Shown in pieces: positions 16,975 through 26,949 of a stretch of 64,000 nt of DNA (position 1 is the first letter of the stretch; each line of letters opens with the position of its first letter). The notes beneath the pieces were generated by a model that ran no database searches, had not been told where the DNA came from, and saw only the letters and a list, made by a program, of their open reading frames with translations. The DNA comes from Bacteroidales bacterium (GTDB taxonomy: Bacteria; Bacteroidota; Bacteroidia; Bacteroidales; GCA-2748055), in NCBI GenBank assembly GCA_040880545.1, contig JBBDIE010000158.1, forward strand, positions 9,358 to 73,357, written 5' to 3'. The translations under genes were made by a program, and so were the position numbers.

Positions 16975-19800
16975 TTAAAGTTCCAGGGTCATCTGTCCGT
17001 TTGATTTTTTGTCATCAGTATCATCCGGTTTTTTGCCAGGTTCTTTTACCTCCTTCTCTTTATCTGCCTTATTTTTCCCTTTCGGTTCTACAATCTTTCC
17101 GGGTGTATCGTCCCCCTTACGAGAACTTTTCTTATCACCCAGGGAGGTCTCTTTTGTTTCCGGTGACTGGTCGGTCTGGGCATCTGAAGTACCCGGTTCA
17201 TTTTCCATTGATGATTCCGGTTCAGATGAAAAGTCATCCTGTGGCTCTTCATTCTTTACTGTATCCTGAATAAGGGGTTCAAGTTCTTCAATCACTTTTA
17301 CCTCGTAATTTGAGAGACGCTTTCCCCTGGCCTTAAAACTTTTTACTCCGATAAATTCGGCCACTTCAATAATTTCGGCATCCCGGTCCTTGTATTTCCC
17401 ACCGAATTTCAACTCCAGCCTGGGGTATTCCACCTCCATGACACGGATTAATCTTGAGTCGGGATGATCACCAACGAAACTTGTCAGTTTCTCAGATGGT
17501 TCGATCCGGAACCTTTTGATATAGTAATATTCCTGTTCTGCGTCGTAATAAGCTGCAGACCAGATCTTGGAAGGCCTGAATTTTTCAATTACCTGCACAT
17601 CATCCTCAAAGTGATTTTCCAGGTCGAAACTGGCAATCCTGAGTCCACCTGATTTTGTTATCACCAGGATCCGGTCCTGTCCGGTAAATTCGCCAAGAAA
17701 TATTCCACGGGCATCAGCATTGAGCCTGTTCACATCCTCATCAAACCAAATCTTTCTGCCTCCAAGTGTCGAAACACCTTTTTCCTTCATGGTGATCTTA
17801 TGGACCGCATATTTGGAGAGGATATTTCCAGCAGCATTTCGTCCCTTGATGGCAAGTTCACTAAAATCCATGTCGAATATCGGTTTTTTCAGCCTTGGTC
17901 TTGGTTTCAGGCTAACCTTCACTGTTTCTGCCTCGCCATTTGGATTAACTGTCATATAGAGAATCCTGGAATGGGCGTGTTCCCTTCCGATATTATAAAT
18001 CTTTTCCCTTGTGACACCAGTGATAGAGCAACGTTTCATCATCGTGTTTCCTGAGTTTCCGTCGTAATAGATCACGTTATAGACGGTTCGTTTGTCACTC
18101 TTCTTAAAAACTGCCACATGGACAATATTTTTGCCCACAAATGTTTTTTCCGAAACTTTATGGATCACATAAGTTCCATCTTTGAGGAAAATAATAATAT
18201 CATCAAGATCCGAACAGTCGCAGACATATTCATCCTTTTTCAGTCCGGTTCCAACAAATCCGTCCACCCGGTTCACGTACAGTTTTTCATTGGCAACGAC
18301 AACTTTCGATGCAACGATATTTTCAAAGTTCCGGATTTCAGTTTTCCGCACCCTGTTATTGCCATGCTTTTTCTTAATGTTCCGGTAATAATCGATGGCA
18401 TATTCAACCAGGTTAGCCAGGTGACTTTTCACCTCTTTGATCTCCTCTTCAATTCCCCTGATCAGTTCATCGGCTTTCTTAACATCAAACTTAGAAATGC
18501 GTTTGATTTTTATTTCGGTTAATTTAACGATATCATCCCGGGTTACATCTCTGATTAACAGCTTTTTGAAGGGGTCAAGTCCTTTGTCAATTGCCTCGAT
18601 GACCGCCTCCCATGTTTCACTTTCTTCGATATCGCGGTAAATTCGCTCTTCAATAAATATTTTTTCCAGGGAGGACATGTGCCAGTGTTCTTCAAGTTCA
18701 CCCAGCCTGATTTCCAGTTCCTGTTTTAACAGGCTCTTCGTATTTTCGGTATTGTGCCGAAGAACCTCGCTTACCCCGATGAAACGCGGTTTATCCTCAT
18801 CGATAATACAGCAGTTTGGGGAAATGGAAACTTCACAATCTGTAAATGCATAAAGGGCATCAATGGTTTTATCCGAAGATATATTTGGAGCCAGATGAAC
18901 CATGATCTCAACAAATTCGGCTGTATTATCGTCGATCTTCTTGATCTTGATTTTCCCTTTATCATTGGCCTTAATGATTGATTCAATAAGGGTACCCGTG
19001 GTTTTCCCAAACGGCAGATCCCTGATCACCAATGTTTTCTTGTCCAGCTTTTCGATCCTGGCTCTGACGCGCACCTGGCCTCCACGCTTCCCGTCATTGT
19101 ACCTGCTGAAATCTGCGTTTCCACCGGTGGGGAAATCCGGTATTAATTCAAAATCTTTTCCCTGGAGATGTTTGACAGAGGCATCGATCAATTCATTGAA
19201 GTTATGTGGCAGTATCTTTGAAGAGAGTCCCACGGCGATTCCTTCGGCCCCCTGGGCCAGCAATAACGGGAATTTAACTGGAAGAGCCAGGGGTTCTTTG
19301 TTCCTGCCGTCGTAGGAAAGTTTCCAGGTAGTGGTTTTCGGATTAAAAACCACATCGCTGGCAAAAGCGGAAAGTCGTGCTTCGATATACCTGGGTGCTG
19401 CTGAACTGTCACCTGTAAAAATATTTCCCCAGTTACCCTGTGCATCAATCAGCAGGTCCTTTTGTCCCAGCTGTACCAAGGCATCCCCTATGGACGTATC
19501 CCCATGGGGATGAAACTGCATAGAGTGACCGATAATATTGGCAACCTTGTTGTAGCGGCCGTCATCCAGGCGCTTCATGGAGTGCAGGATTCGCCGTTGA
19601 ACAGGTTTTAACCCGTCCTGGATATTGGGAACGGCTCGTTCGAGGATCACATAAGATGCATAATCTATAAAGTAATCTTCATACATCCCGGTAAGCCTGG
19701 TTATTTTGGAGAAACCACCACTGTGTCCCTCCTCCTGACCACCGTCAATTTTATTAAAATCTTCTGGTGTATTATTTTTGTTATTTAAATCTTCACTCAT
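16975..19800 (-). CDS. parC: DNA topoisomerase IV subunit A (type IIA A subunit) with a charged low-complexity tail
   Basis: 941 aa. LKPVQRRILHSM. The active-site Tyr context is AAPRYIEARL. It lies adjacent to a 612-aa B subunit. The last ~110 aa are D/E/K/S-rich. Confidence 0.8.
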   Translation of the reverse strand: MSEDLNNKNNTPEDFNKIDGGQEEGHSGGFSKITRLTGMYEDYFIDYASYVILERAVPNIQDGLKPVQRRILHSMKRLDDGRYNKVANIIGHSMQFHPHGDTSIGDALVQLGQKDLLIDAQGNWGNIFTGDSSAAPRYIEARLSAFASDVVFNPKTTTWKLSYDGRNKEPLALPVKFPLLLAQGAEGIAVGLSSKILPHNFNELIDASVKHLQGKDFELIPDFPTGGNADFSRYNDGKRGGQVRVRARIEKLDKKTLVIRDLPFGKTTGTLIESIIKANDKGKIKIKKIDDNTAEFVEIMVHLAPNISSDKTIDALYAFTDCEVSISPNCCIIDEDKPRFIGVSEVLRHNTENTKSLLKQELEIRLGELEEHWHMSSLEKIFIEERIYRDIEESETWEAVIEAIDKGLDPFKKLLIRDVTRDDIVKLTEIKIKRISKFDVKKADELIRGIEEEIKEVKSHLANLVEYAIDYYRNIKKKHGNNRVRKTEIRNFENIVASKVVVANEKLYVNRVDGFVGTGLKKDEYVCDCSDLDDIIIFLKDGTYVIHKVSEKTFVGKNIVHVAVFKKSDKRTVYNVIYYDGNSGNTMMKRCSITGVTREKIYNIGREHAHSRILYMTVNPNGEAETVKVSLKPRPRLKKPIFDMDFSELAIKGRNAAGNILSKYAVHKITMKEKGVSTLGGRKIWFDEDVNRLNADARGIFLGEFTGQDRILVITKSGGLRIASFDLENHFEDDVQVIEKFRPSKIWSAAYYDAEQEYYYIKRFRIEPSEKLTSFVGDHPDSRLIRVMEVEYPRLELKFGGKYKDRDAEIIEVAEFIGVKSFKARGKRLSNYEVKVIEELEPLIQDTVKNEEPQDDFSSEPESSMENEPGTSDAQTDQSPETKETSLGDKKSSRKGDDTPGKIVEPKGKNKADKEKEVKEPGKKPDDTDDKKSNGQMTLEL

Positions 19801-19824
19801 GGATCACAAAATCTTTGTCAGCAA

Positions 19825-21663
19825 TCAAATTGCTACCACATCTTCTTCAACTCTCAGTCTTTCAATAATAAAGTCCTGCCTGTCGGGCGTGTTTTTCCCC
19901 ATATAGAATTCAAGTATCTGGTGGATATCATCTTCCTTCCCCAGTTTTACCGGTTCCAGTCTGATATCCGGACCTATGAAATTTTTGAATTCATCCGGTG
20001 ATATTTCACCCAGTCCCTTGAACCTGGTGATTTCATGTGTCTGCCCTATTTTCTTAATTGCAGCCTCTTTCTCCTCCTCTGAATAACAATAAACTGTATC
20101 TTTTTTATTCCGTACCCTGAACAGGGGTGTCTGGAGAATAAACAGATGTTTGTTCCTCACCAGATTTGGAAAGAACTGGAGGAAAAATGTAAGTAAAAGC
20201 AATCGGATATGCATACCATCCACATCGGCGTCGGTGGCAATTACCACATTTTTATATCTTAGTCCTTCAAGGTCCTCTTCAATATTCAACGCAGCCTGGA
20301 GCAGGTTGAACTCTTCATTTTCGTACACCACCTTTTTGGTGAGCCCAAAGCAGTTCAACGGTTTCCCCCGAAGGCTGAATACTGCCTGTGTGGCAACATC
20401 TCTCGATTTCGTTATGGAGCCTGAAGCTGAATCACCCTCGGTTATGAAAATGGTGGTGTCATTTTTCCGATCATGACTGGAGTCGTAATGAACTTTGCAG
20501 TCCCGTAGCTTCTTATTATGCAGGTTTGCTTTTTTCGCCCGCTCTTTGGCTAACTTTTTAATTCCTGAAATTGCTTTTCGCTCTTTCTCACTTTCCTGGA
20601 TCTTTTTCAAAAGCAGGTTGGCAGTTTCAGAATGTTTATGCAGGTGATCGTCCAGTTTACTTGACAGAAAATTCATGATAAAATTTCTGACACTGGGGCC
20701 ATTGGGTCCGATATCTTTAGAGCCCAGCTTCGTTTTGGTCTGAGATTCGAAAACCGGTTCTTCCACTTTAATACTTACAGCAGCTATGATGGAGGTTCGG
20801 ATATCAGAAGGATCAAAATCCTTTTTGTAGAAGTCACGAATTGTCTTGACCAGCCCCTCCCGGAATGCCAGAAGGTGCGTCCCACCCTGGGTAGTATGTT
20901 GTCCGTTTACAAAACTATAATACTCCTCCCCATACTGGTTGCCGTGGGTAATGGCCACCTCGATATCACCATTCTGCATGTGGATGATCGGGTACAGCCC
21001 TTCACCACTCATATTCTCTTCCAACAGATCCTTTAAACCGTTTTTAGAGATAAACTTCTGGCCATTGTATATGATGGTAAGGCCGGTGTTCAGGTATGTG
21101 TAGTTTCTGAGCATACTTTCCACATGCTCATCAATAAACTTGAACTCACCAAACATCTCTCCGTCAGGCACAAATGAGATGGCAGTACCGTTTTTCTCCT
21201 CACTATCCCGCTCCTTGTCATCCGACAGGAGATTGCCCTGTTCAAAATCCACAAGTTTGGTTTTTCCTTCCCTGTGCGACTGAATGATAAAGCTGGATGA
21301 GAGGGCATTCACAGCTTTGATACCTACGCCGTTTAAACCTACCGATTTTTTAAATACCTTGGAATCATATTTCGCTCCTGTATTCATTTTTGAGGCAACA
21401 TCCAAAACTTTTCCCAGGGGAATACCACGGCCATAATCCCTTACAGAAACCAGCTGTTCGTTAATGGTAATCTCAATAGTTTTACCATTTCCCATCATGT
21501 ATTCGTCAATGGAATTGTCCAATACCTCCTTTAACAGGATGTATATTCCATCATCGGGGGAGGAGCCATCCCCCAGCTTCCCGATGTACATACCCGGCCG
21601 TTTGCGAATATGTTCCTTCCAATCTAATGTACGAATGCTCTCTTCTGAATAATTCGCTGACAT
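19825..21663 (-). CDS. parE: DNA topoisomerase IV subunit B
   Basis: 612 aa. GHKL ATPase motifs ([14 protein letters not shown]), Toprim [16 protein letters not shown] and DADVDGMHI. Confidence 0.85.
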   Translation of the reverse strand: MSANYSEESIRTLDWKEHIRKRPGMYIGKLGDGSSPDDGIYILLKEVLDNSIDEYMMGNGKTIEITINEQLVSVRDYGRGIPLGKVLDVASKMNTGAKYDSKVFKKSVGLNGVGIKAVNALSSSFIIQSHREGKTKLVDFEQGNLLSDDKERDSEEKNGTAISFVPDGEMFGEFKFIDEHVESMLRNYTYLNTGLTIIYNGQKFISKNGLKDLLEENMSGEGLYPIIHMQNGDIEVAITHGNQYGEEYYSFVNGQHTTQGGTHLLAFREGLVKTIRDFYKKDFDPSDIRTSIIAAVSIKVEEPVFESQTKTKLGSKDIGPNGPSVRNFIMNFLSSKLDDHLHKHSETANLLLKKIQESEKERKAISGIKKLAKERAKKANLHNKKLRDCKVHYDSSHDRKNDTTIFITEGDSASGSITKSRDVATQAVFSLRGKPLNCFGLTKKVVYENEEFNLLQAALNIEEDLEGLRYKNVVIATDADVDGMHIRLLLLTFFLQFFPNLVRNKHLFILQTPLFRVRNKKDTVYCYSEEEKEAAIKKIGQTHEITRFKGLGEISPDEFKNFIGPDIRLEPVKLGKEDDIHQILEFYMGKNTPDRQDFIIERLRVEEDVVAI

Positions 21664-21767
21664 GCTATATTCCTCTCAAAATAATTTATTGCTTACAATC
21701 AGGCTTCGGAGTGTTTGCTGTTAATTATGTTTACGCTGAAAATTGAAACGGACTCCGGAAGTCTTCG

Positions 21768-21775
21768 CAAAGATA
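21768..21775 (-). promoter_or_regulatory. candidate -7 promoter box (TATCTTTG) for parE-parC
   Basis: Exact TAnnTTTG match on the minus strand ~105 nt upstream of the parE ATG. Confidence 0.35.
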
Positions 21776-21849
21776 GTAAAAACAAGGTCTGCAGAATTTT
21801 CATTTTTTAAAAAGAAATCAACAATTGAAGGGGGTGGGAAGGGGGAAAA

Positions 21850-22626
21850 TTACCATTCAACCGCTTTTACCTTCATCTTTGTTTTCAATCCGGTTCTGTA
21901 CGTTTCGGACAAATCAAAATCCCAGATCCATTCTTTTGTTCGATTGGATTTTGGCAGGTCCACATACACCAATTTCTGTTCCTTAACCGGCTGCTCATTT
22001 TCCTGGTTCAACTCTGCCATATCCGTAATCAGACAACCTGGATTTTTTGTGATCCAGTTGATGTGAAACTGTTGAATTGTTTTTCGAAACCTTTTAATCT
22101 CCACACCTACAATCCGTACATTCTTTTTTTTCAGGTAATCCACCAACAGGATATCCAGCTGATTTAATAAATTGAGCGAAATATATGCATCGGTCGTAAA
22201 AGGTAAGGTTGGCCTTTGAGGTTTAAATTCATCGAGGATGTATTTACTGAAATGCTCCCCTTTTGCTTTACGCAGTTCCCAGCAGAATTTAATTCCACCA
22301 CCAGAAATATCTGTTTCGAAAAGGGTGATATTCTTGTATGGAGCTGTTTTTTTTACAATCTGAGGTGGATGGTATACATCCACAAGTACTATTTTTTTGA
22401 ATTTTTCAGAGAGTTCCTTCAAAGGCAGGTCAAGTAACCACCCGCTTCCCAATACAGCCAGGCTCTTGATGTTTTTGTCCTGGAATGAATTGATAATAAA
22501 CTGCTTTGTATTATCCAGGTGCTCCTGCCAGTTCTCCTGTTCGCGTAAATATCGGTTCATGATCCCTTCCTGGTCCTTGATGAATTTCATCTTTCTGACC
22601 ATCTTTTTCTGACCAAACGATTTCAT
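21850..22626 (-). CDS. hypothetical protein, possibly Rossmann/SAM-methyltransferase-like
   Basis: 258 aa. LAVLGSGWLLDLP...IVLVDV resembles methyltransferase motif I plus the acidic beta-2 end. The match is weak and no other family signature is present. Confidence 0.35.
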   Translation of the reverse strand: MKSFGQKKMVRKMKFIKDQEGIMNRYLREQENWQEHLDNTKQFIINSFQDKNIKSLAVLGSGWLLDLPLKELSEKFKKIVLVDVYHPPQIVKKTAPYKNITLFETDISGGGIKFCWELRKAKGEHFSKYILDEFKPQRPTLPFTTDAYISLNLLNQLDILLVDYLKKKNVRIVGVEIKRFRKTIQQFHINWITKNPGCLITDMAELNQENEQPVKEQKLVYVDLPKSNRTKEWIWDFDLSETYRTGLKTKMKVKAVEW

Positions 22627-22720
22627 TTGCAGCTGTATTTATCCGGTTAAAAAAACTGTTATTACGGAGCTTAATTTATACCTAAAATTTTGAAAAATGA
22701 AACTTACTTTAACGATTAAT

Positions 22721-23491
22721 CTATCTGCTAAAAATACGTTTATTTTTTTCCAGTTCTGCGATTCCCCGTACCATCAAATTCCTCACATGCGATTTGAGGA
22801 CTTCTGTTTCCATTGAATTTACATCATCAGCAGAAATTTCATCAAGCACGTTGATCATGATCCTGGTTTTGCCTTTTAATACCCAGTTGTTTTTGCCCCG
22901 TTGAAATGTTTTTTCTGTGCCGGTATGGACAATTGGGATGATACCGCATCCCATTTTTTTTGCAAGCACAAAGGCACCATCCATAAATGCCCGCATCTCA
23001 GCCGATTTTGACCTTGTTCCTTCGGGGAAGATCATTACAGAGCTACCTTTGGCCATCTCTTTTTCCGCCTGTGTTATAAATTGAAGCCCGGACCTTTTAC
23101 TCTCCCTGTTAATTCTGATACAGTTGGTAAGTGAAAGTACCATGCCCACAAATGGGATCTTGAAATTTTCGGCCTTGGAGACCCACTTAAATGGTCGACG
23201 CACTTTATAGAGCGCCAGGATATCCACCAGTGTACGATGGTTGGCCACCAGTACTACAGGCCTGTTCCATGGAATTTTATCCCTTCCCCATAACCGGAGC
23301 TTCCATAAGGGGATAAGAGACTGGTAGTGCCATGCCCAGAAAGTTCCCATCATGTGCGTTATAATTCTTCGTTTGTCCCACCAAAAGGTTGCTGCCCAGA
23401 TCAACAGGAAAAAAGGGGTAATGATGGTTGATGTGATCAGCATGGTGATCCATGCCAGTATGGAACATATTTTCAATAATGTTTTTTTCAT
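22721..23491 (-). CDS. plsC: 1-acyl-sn-glycerol-3-phosphate acyltransferase family
   Basis: 256 aa. N-terminal TM helix. HX4D motif NHRTLVD and FPEGTRS motif. Confidence 0.8.
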   Translation of the reverse strand: MKKTLLKICSILAWITMLITSTIITPFFLLIWAATFWWDKRRIITHMMGTFWAWHYQSLIPLWKLRLWGRDKIPWNRPVVLVANHRTLVDILALYKVRRPFKWVSKAENFKIPFVGMVLSLTNCIRINRESKRSGLQFITQAEKEMAKGSSVMIFPEGTRSKSAEMRAFMDGAFVLAKKMGCGIIPIVHTGTEKTFQRGKNNWVLKGKTRIMINVLDEISADDVNSMETEVLKSHVRNLMVRGIAELEKNKRIFSR

Positions 23492-23586
23492 GGGTGCACA
23501 AAGATAAATAAAATGTATGCCATCACACCAGTGTACTCCTTGTGGTTATCTTTGTTTATATTTGGTATTCAAATAAAACTGAAACT

Positions 23587-24675
23587 ATGATAACAAGGAA
23601 TTACATACTGGTTCTGTTGATACTGATCGTGACCGCATCATGTCAGAATAACAGCAAAAAAGCAGACAGGGTTGCAGGTGAGGCAGGAAAATGGTCAGTC
23701 GAAAGGGCCAAAGCATGGGAAGAAGCGCATGGCTGGCTGCGGGGTTCAAATTTTAATCCCAGTACTGCAATTAACCAACTGGAGACCTGGCAGGCAGAAA
23801 CTTTTGATGAAATGACCATCGACAGGGAACTGGGCTGGGCATCGGGTATCGGGCTGAATTGTATGCGGGTATACCTCCACCATGTTGCATGGGATACAGA
23901 CAGGGATGGATTTAAGAACAGGATGGAGCGGTATCTTAAAATTGCCGATAGCCATGGGATCAAAACAATTTTTGTGTTTTTTGATGACTGCTGGAATCCA
24001 ACCTACCAGGCAGGGAAGCAACCCGATCCAAAAACGGGCATTCATAATTCGGGCTGGGTCCGTGACCCTGGTGACCTGCTTTATGAAGATCCGACCCTGA
24101 TAGGTCTGCTTGAGGAATATGTGAAAGATATATTGGAGACATTTTCAGATGATCATCGGATCGTACTCTGGGATCTCTACAATGAGCCTGGAAATTCTGG
24201 GTATGGTAACAAATCCATGGATCTGCTGACAAAGGTCTTTGAATGGGGGTGGGAGATCCGTCCATCGCAACCTATGTCGGTAGGTGTCTGGAAACGTGAT
24301 CTGACCGATCTGAATAAATTCCAGTTAGAGAATTCGGATATCATTACTTATCATAATTACAGCGGTCCGGAGAACCACCAGGCAGCCATCGACACACTAA
24401 AAATGTATGGCCGGCCAATGGTATGTACCGAATATATGGCACGTAAATTCAACAGTCTATTCCAGAACATCATGCCGATACTGGCAGAACAAAATATCGG
24501 GGCGATTAACTGGGGACTGGTTGCCGGCAAATCGAATACCAAATATGCATGGGGAGAACCGATACCCGATGGTTCCGATCCGGAATTATGGTTTCATGAA
24601 ATATTCAGACCCGATGGTACACCTTACAGCCAGGAGGAGGTTGATGTAATTAAACAACTTACTGAAGGTAGGTAG
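23587..24675 (+). CDS. secreted clan GH-A (GH5-like) TIM-barrel glycoside hydrolase
   Basis: The ORF track starts at GTG 23542. I prefer ATG 23587, which gives the lipoprotein signal MITRNYILVLLILIVTASC. LYNEPGN (acid/base Glu) and CTEYMAR (nucleophile Glu) contexts are present. Confidence 0.6.
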   Translation: MITRNYILVLLILIVTASCQNNSKKADRVAGEAGKWSVERAKAWEEAHGWLRGSNFNPSTAINQLETWQAETFDEMTIDRELGWASGIGLNCMRVYLHHVAWDTDRDGFKNRMERYLKIADSHGIKTIFVFFDDCWNPTYQAGKQPDPKTGIHNSGWVRDPGDLLYEDPTLIGLLEEYVKDILETFSDDHRIVLWDLYNEPGNSGYGNKSMDLLTKVFEWGWEIRPSQPMSVGVWKRDLTDLNKFQLENSDIITYHNYSGPENHQAAIDTLKMYGRPMVCTEYMARKFNSLFQNIMPILAEQNIGAINWGLVAGKSNTKYAWGEPIPDGSDPELWFHEIFRPDGTPYSQEEVDVIKQLTEGR

Positions 24676-24846
24676 TACTTACCTTTCAGGGGCCGGGTTA
24701 AAACAACCCGGTAATATTTCCATCATCATCCATATCGAAATTCTCGGCTGCCGGTTTTGCGGGAAGTACTGGCATACGCATGATATTTCCTGTAATAGGA
24801 ATTACAAAACCGGCACCTGAAGCGATCTCAATTTCCCTGACTGTAA

Positions 24847-25785
24847 TTATACCCAGATGATCTTTTTTCCCACCAACATATCTTCAACCATTTCCTTTGA
24901 ATTTTCATGGGCGATTCCAAGTAAAAAGCCGCCCCCTGAGCCATTGATTTTCAGGTAATATGTATTACTGACCTGGCCCTCGATCCAGGCATCTTCAATG
25001 GTTTCCGGGATCATCATTCTGAATTGGTTCCACTGGAAATCAGAGATTGCCCTGAAAATCAAAGCGGCATCATGACCTGTATTTCCTGTAATAGTTGCTA
25101 TAAATTTCCTGATTAGTCCAAAGTAGTCTTCGGTGATCATTTTTTGAAAGGAGATTTCCTTCATTTTATCAAGAAATATTTCAACTAGCGGGGCCGTTTT
25201 TAGAAACTGCTCCGAATCCAACAGGAAAAAACGGTATCCTCCGGGCGGCTTCAGGGGGTCACCCTTAACTTTGGTGATCTGCTTTTCCGTATTAAAATGG
25301 AGGGGTGTGTCCATCAGGCTGGTCATGGCATCCACCCCAGAACTTTTGCCATGAAAAGCCGATTCAATAGTTGCGAGATCCCTGAGTTGGTGAGGCAGCC
25401 CTGGTTTTTTACCGGGGGAAAAGAACTGATCATACACCAGGGCAGATACGGCACCGGAACTACCGATTCCGTAACCCTGCGGGATGGTTGAATCAATGAA
25501 AAATCCCTTTTTTAGCAAATATTCAACTTTTTGGAAATCAGGAGTCGCGTAAAAGCTGTTTTTTGGCAGAGAGCGTATGTGTATCAATAATTCCCTGAGA
25601 CTGGATACGGAATCTACTACTTTCCCGTTATCCTCCACTTCTTTTTCATCGCGATGAGCCAGGCGGGCGTGAAAATTTTTCAATGGTACTGTGAGCGCTT
25701 CACTTCCTGCGATTACTCCGTATTCACCTGCAAGCATAAGTTTTGCATGGTATCTCTTTTCCAGGTTCATCTGGTAGTCTGTCAT
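24847..25785 (-). CDS. GHMP kinase (mevalonate or phosphomevalonate kinase)
   Basis: 312 aa. KLMLAGEYGVIAGSEALTVP (motif I), GYGIGSSGAVSALV (motif II) and NGSGGGFLLG (motif III). Last gene of the mevalonate operon. Confidence 0.75.
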   Translation of the reverse strand: MTDYQMNLEKRYHAKLMLAGEYGVIAGSEALTVPLKNFHARLAHRDEKEVEDNGKVVDSVSSLRELLIHIRSLPKNSFYATPDFQKVEYLLKKGFFIDSTIPQGYGIGSSGAVSALVYDQFFSPGKKPGLPHQLRDLATIESAFHGKSSGVDAMTSLMDTPLHFNTEKQITKVKGDPLKPPGGYRFFLLDSEQFLKTAPLVEIFLDKMKEISFQKMITEDYFGLIRKFIATITGNTGHDAALIFRAISDFQWNQFRMMIPETIEDAWIEGQVSNTYYLKINGSGGGFLLGIAHENSKEMVEDMLVGKKIIWV

Positions 25786-25842
25786 AATGTTGCCGTGGTG
25801 TTTGTTTAGTCATTCATTGCAGCTATCCACAAATTTTTCTTT

Positions 25843-26949
25843 TCAGCGCTCAACTCTGACAGGGCCATTGCCCATTTTATCATGGATGATCTTCTCGTTG
25901 TCACAAATCTCTTTCAGTTCAGATTCGATAAAAAGCCTGGCTTTTGCTGCCGCTTTTTCCGGATAGAGTACATGCACGTTGGCACCTGCATCCAGTGTGA
26001 ATCCGATAGCTGTGCCAGTGCTGTTTCTGAATTTTCTGATCCGTTGTATAGCCTCAAGTGTATTTGGTTTTATCAGGATATATCCGGGTATTCCGGTCAT
26101 CATCATGGCATGCAATGAGAGCGCCTCATTTTCCATGACATCGATGAATTTTCTGGTATCCCCGATCTTCAGTACGTCGGCCATAAGCTGCATATTAGCT
26201 TCGGCAGCTTCGAATCGGAGTTTTGCATAGGGATTGGTTCTCATCAGTTCGTGTCCCATGGTGCTGGATACCATTTTTTGCCCAGGATCAATGATCAGTA
26301 TACTGTCGTGCATACCGGACAGGTCTTCGTGGATTTCAACTGGTATGGCGTATTCATCGGAAGAGTGAGCATAACTGGCCGTGATTCCCCATGCTGCCAT
26401 CTTACCGTACAATGAACGGGAGGCACTTCCTGATCCGAGTCTGGCTATGAATGATGCTTTCCTTAAAAAGTCATCTGTGACAGCCTCGCCATACAACAGC
26501 TCCTCAATCTCACACAATCCAAGTGCCAGTGCACTCATGGAAGATGCGCTTGAGGCTATCCCGGAGGAATGGGGAAAGGTATTTTCAGATCGGATGGAAA
26601 GTTTGCATGAATCGAGCCATGGCATGAATGGTACGATTCCTTGCAGATATTTCTCCAATTTTATGGCAAAGTCAGGTGCTTTTGAACCTTCAAATTCAAA
26701 ATTCAATACAGGGCCATTGATCGACTCGCCACTGGTGTAATCCAACTTCATAATCGTTACGGCGCTGTCCAGCGTCATGCTCAGGGAGGCATTGGCAGGT
26801 ATCTGACCGGGATATTTCCCCCAGTATTTTACAAGGGCAATATTTGAAGGGCTACTCCATGCAACGGATCCCTGTTTACGGGCCAGATTTTTTGTTGAAA
26901 TGGCCGCTGCCTCACTCAATAATTTCTCTTCATATTTTTCAATCTTCAT
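25843..26949 (-). CDS. mvaD: diphosphomevalonate decarboxylase
   Basis: 368 aa. SPSNIALVKYWGK, SSGIASSASS and GSGSASRS motifs. Confidence 0.9.
   Translation of the reverse strand: MKIEKYEEKLLSEAAAISTKNLARKQGSVAWSSPSNIALVKYWGKYPGQIPANASLSMTLDSAVTIMKLDYTSGESINGPVLNFEFEGSKAPDFAIKLEKYLQGIVPFMPWLDSCKLSIRSENTFPHSSGIASSASSMSALALGLCEIEELLYGEAVTDDFLRKASFIARLGSGSASRSLYGKMAAWGITASYAHSSDEYAIPVEIHEDLSGMHDSILIIDPGQKMVSSTMGHELMRTNPYAKLRFEAAEANMQLMADVLKIGDTRKFIDVMENEALSLHAMMMTGIPGYILIKPNTLEAIQRIRKFRNSTGTAIGFTLDAGANVHVLYPEKAAAKARLFIESELKEICDNEKIIHDKMGNGPVRVER

Noticed and set aside
24847-24885. Possible frameshift at the A6 run (ggaaaaaaga) that would add ~50 residues to the last GHMP kinase
   Set aside because: The distance from GHMP motif III (NGSGGGFLLG) to the annotated stop is normal for mevalonate-type kinases, so the ORF looks complete as it stands.
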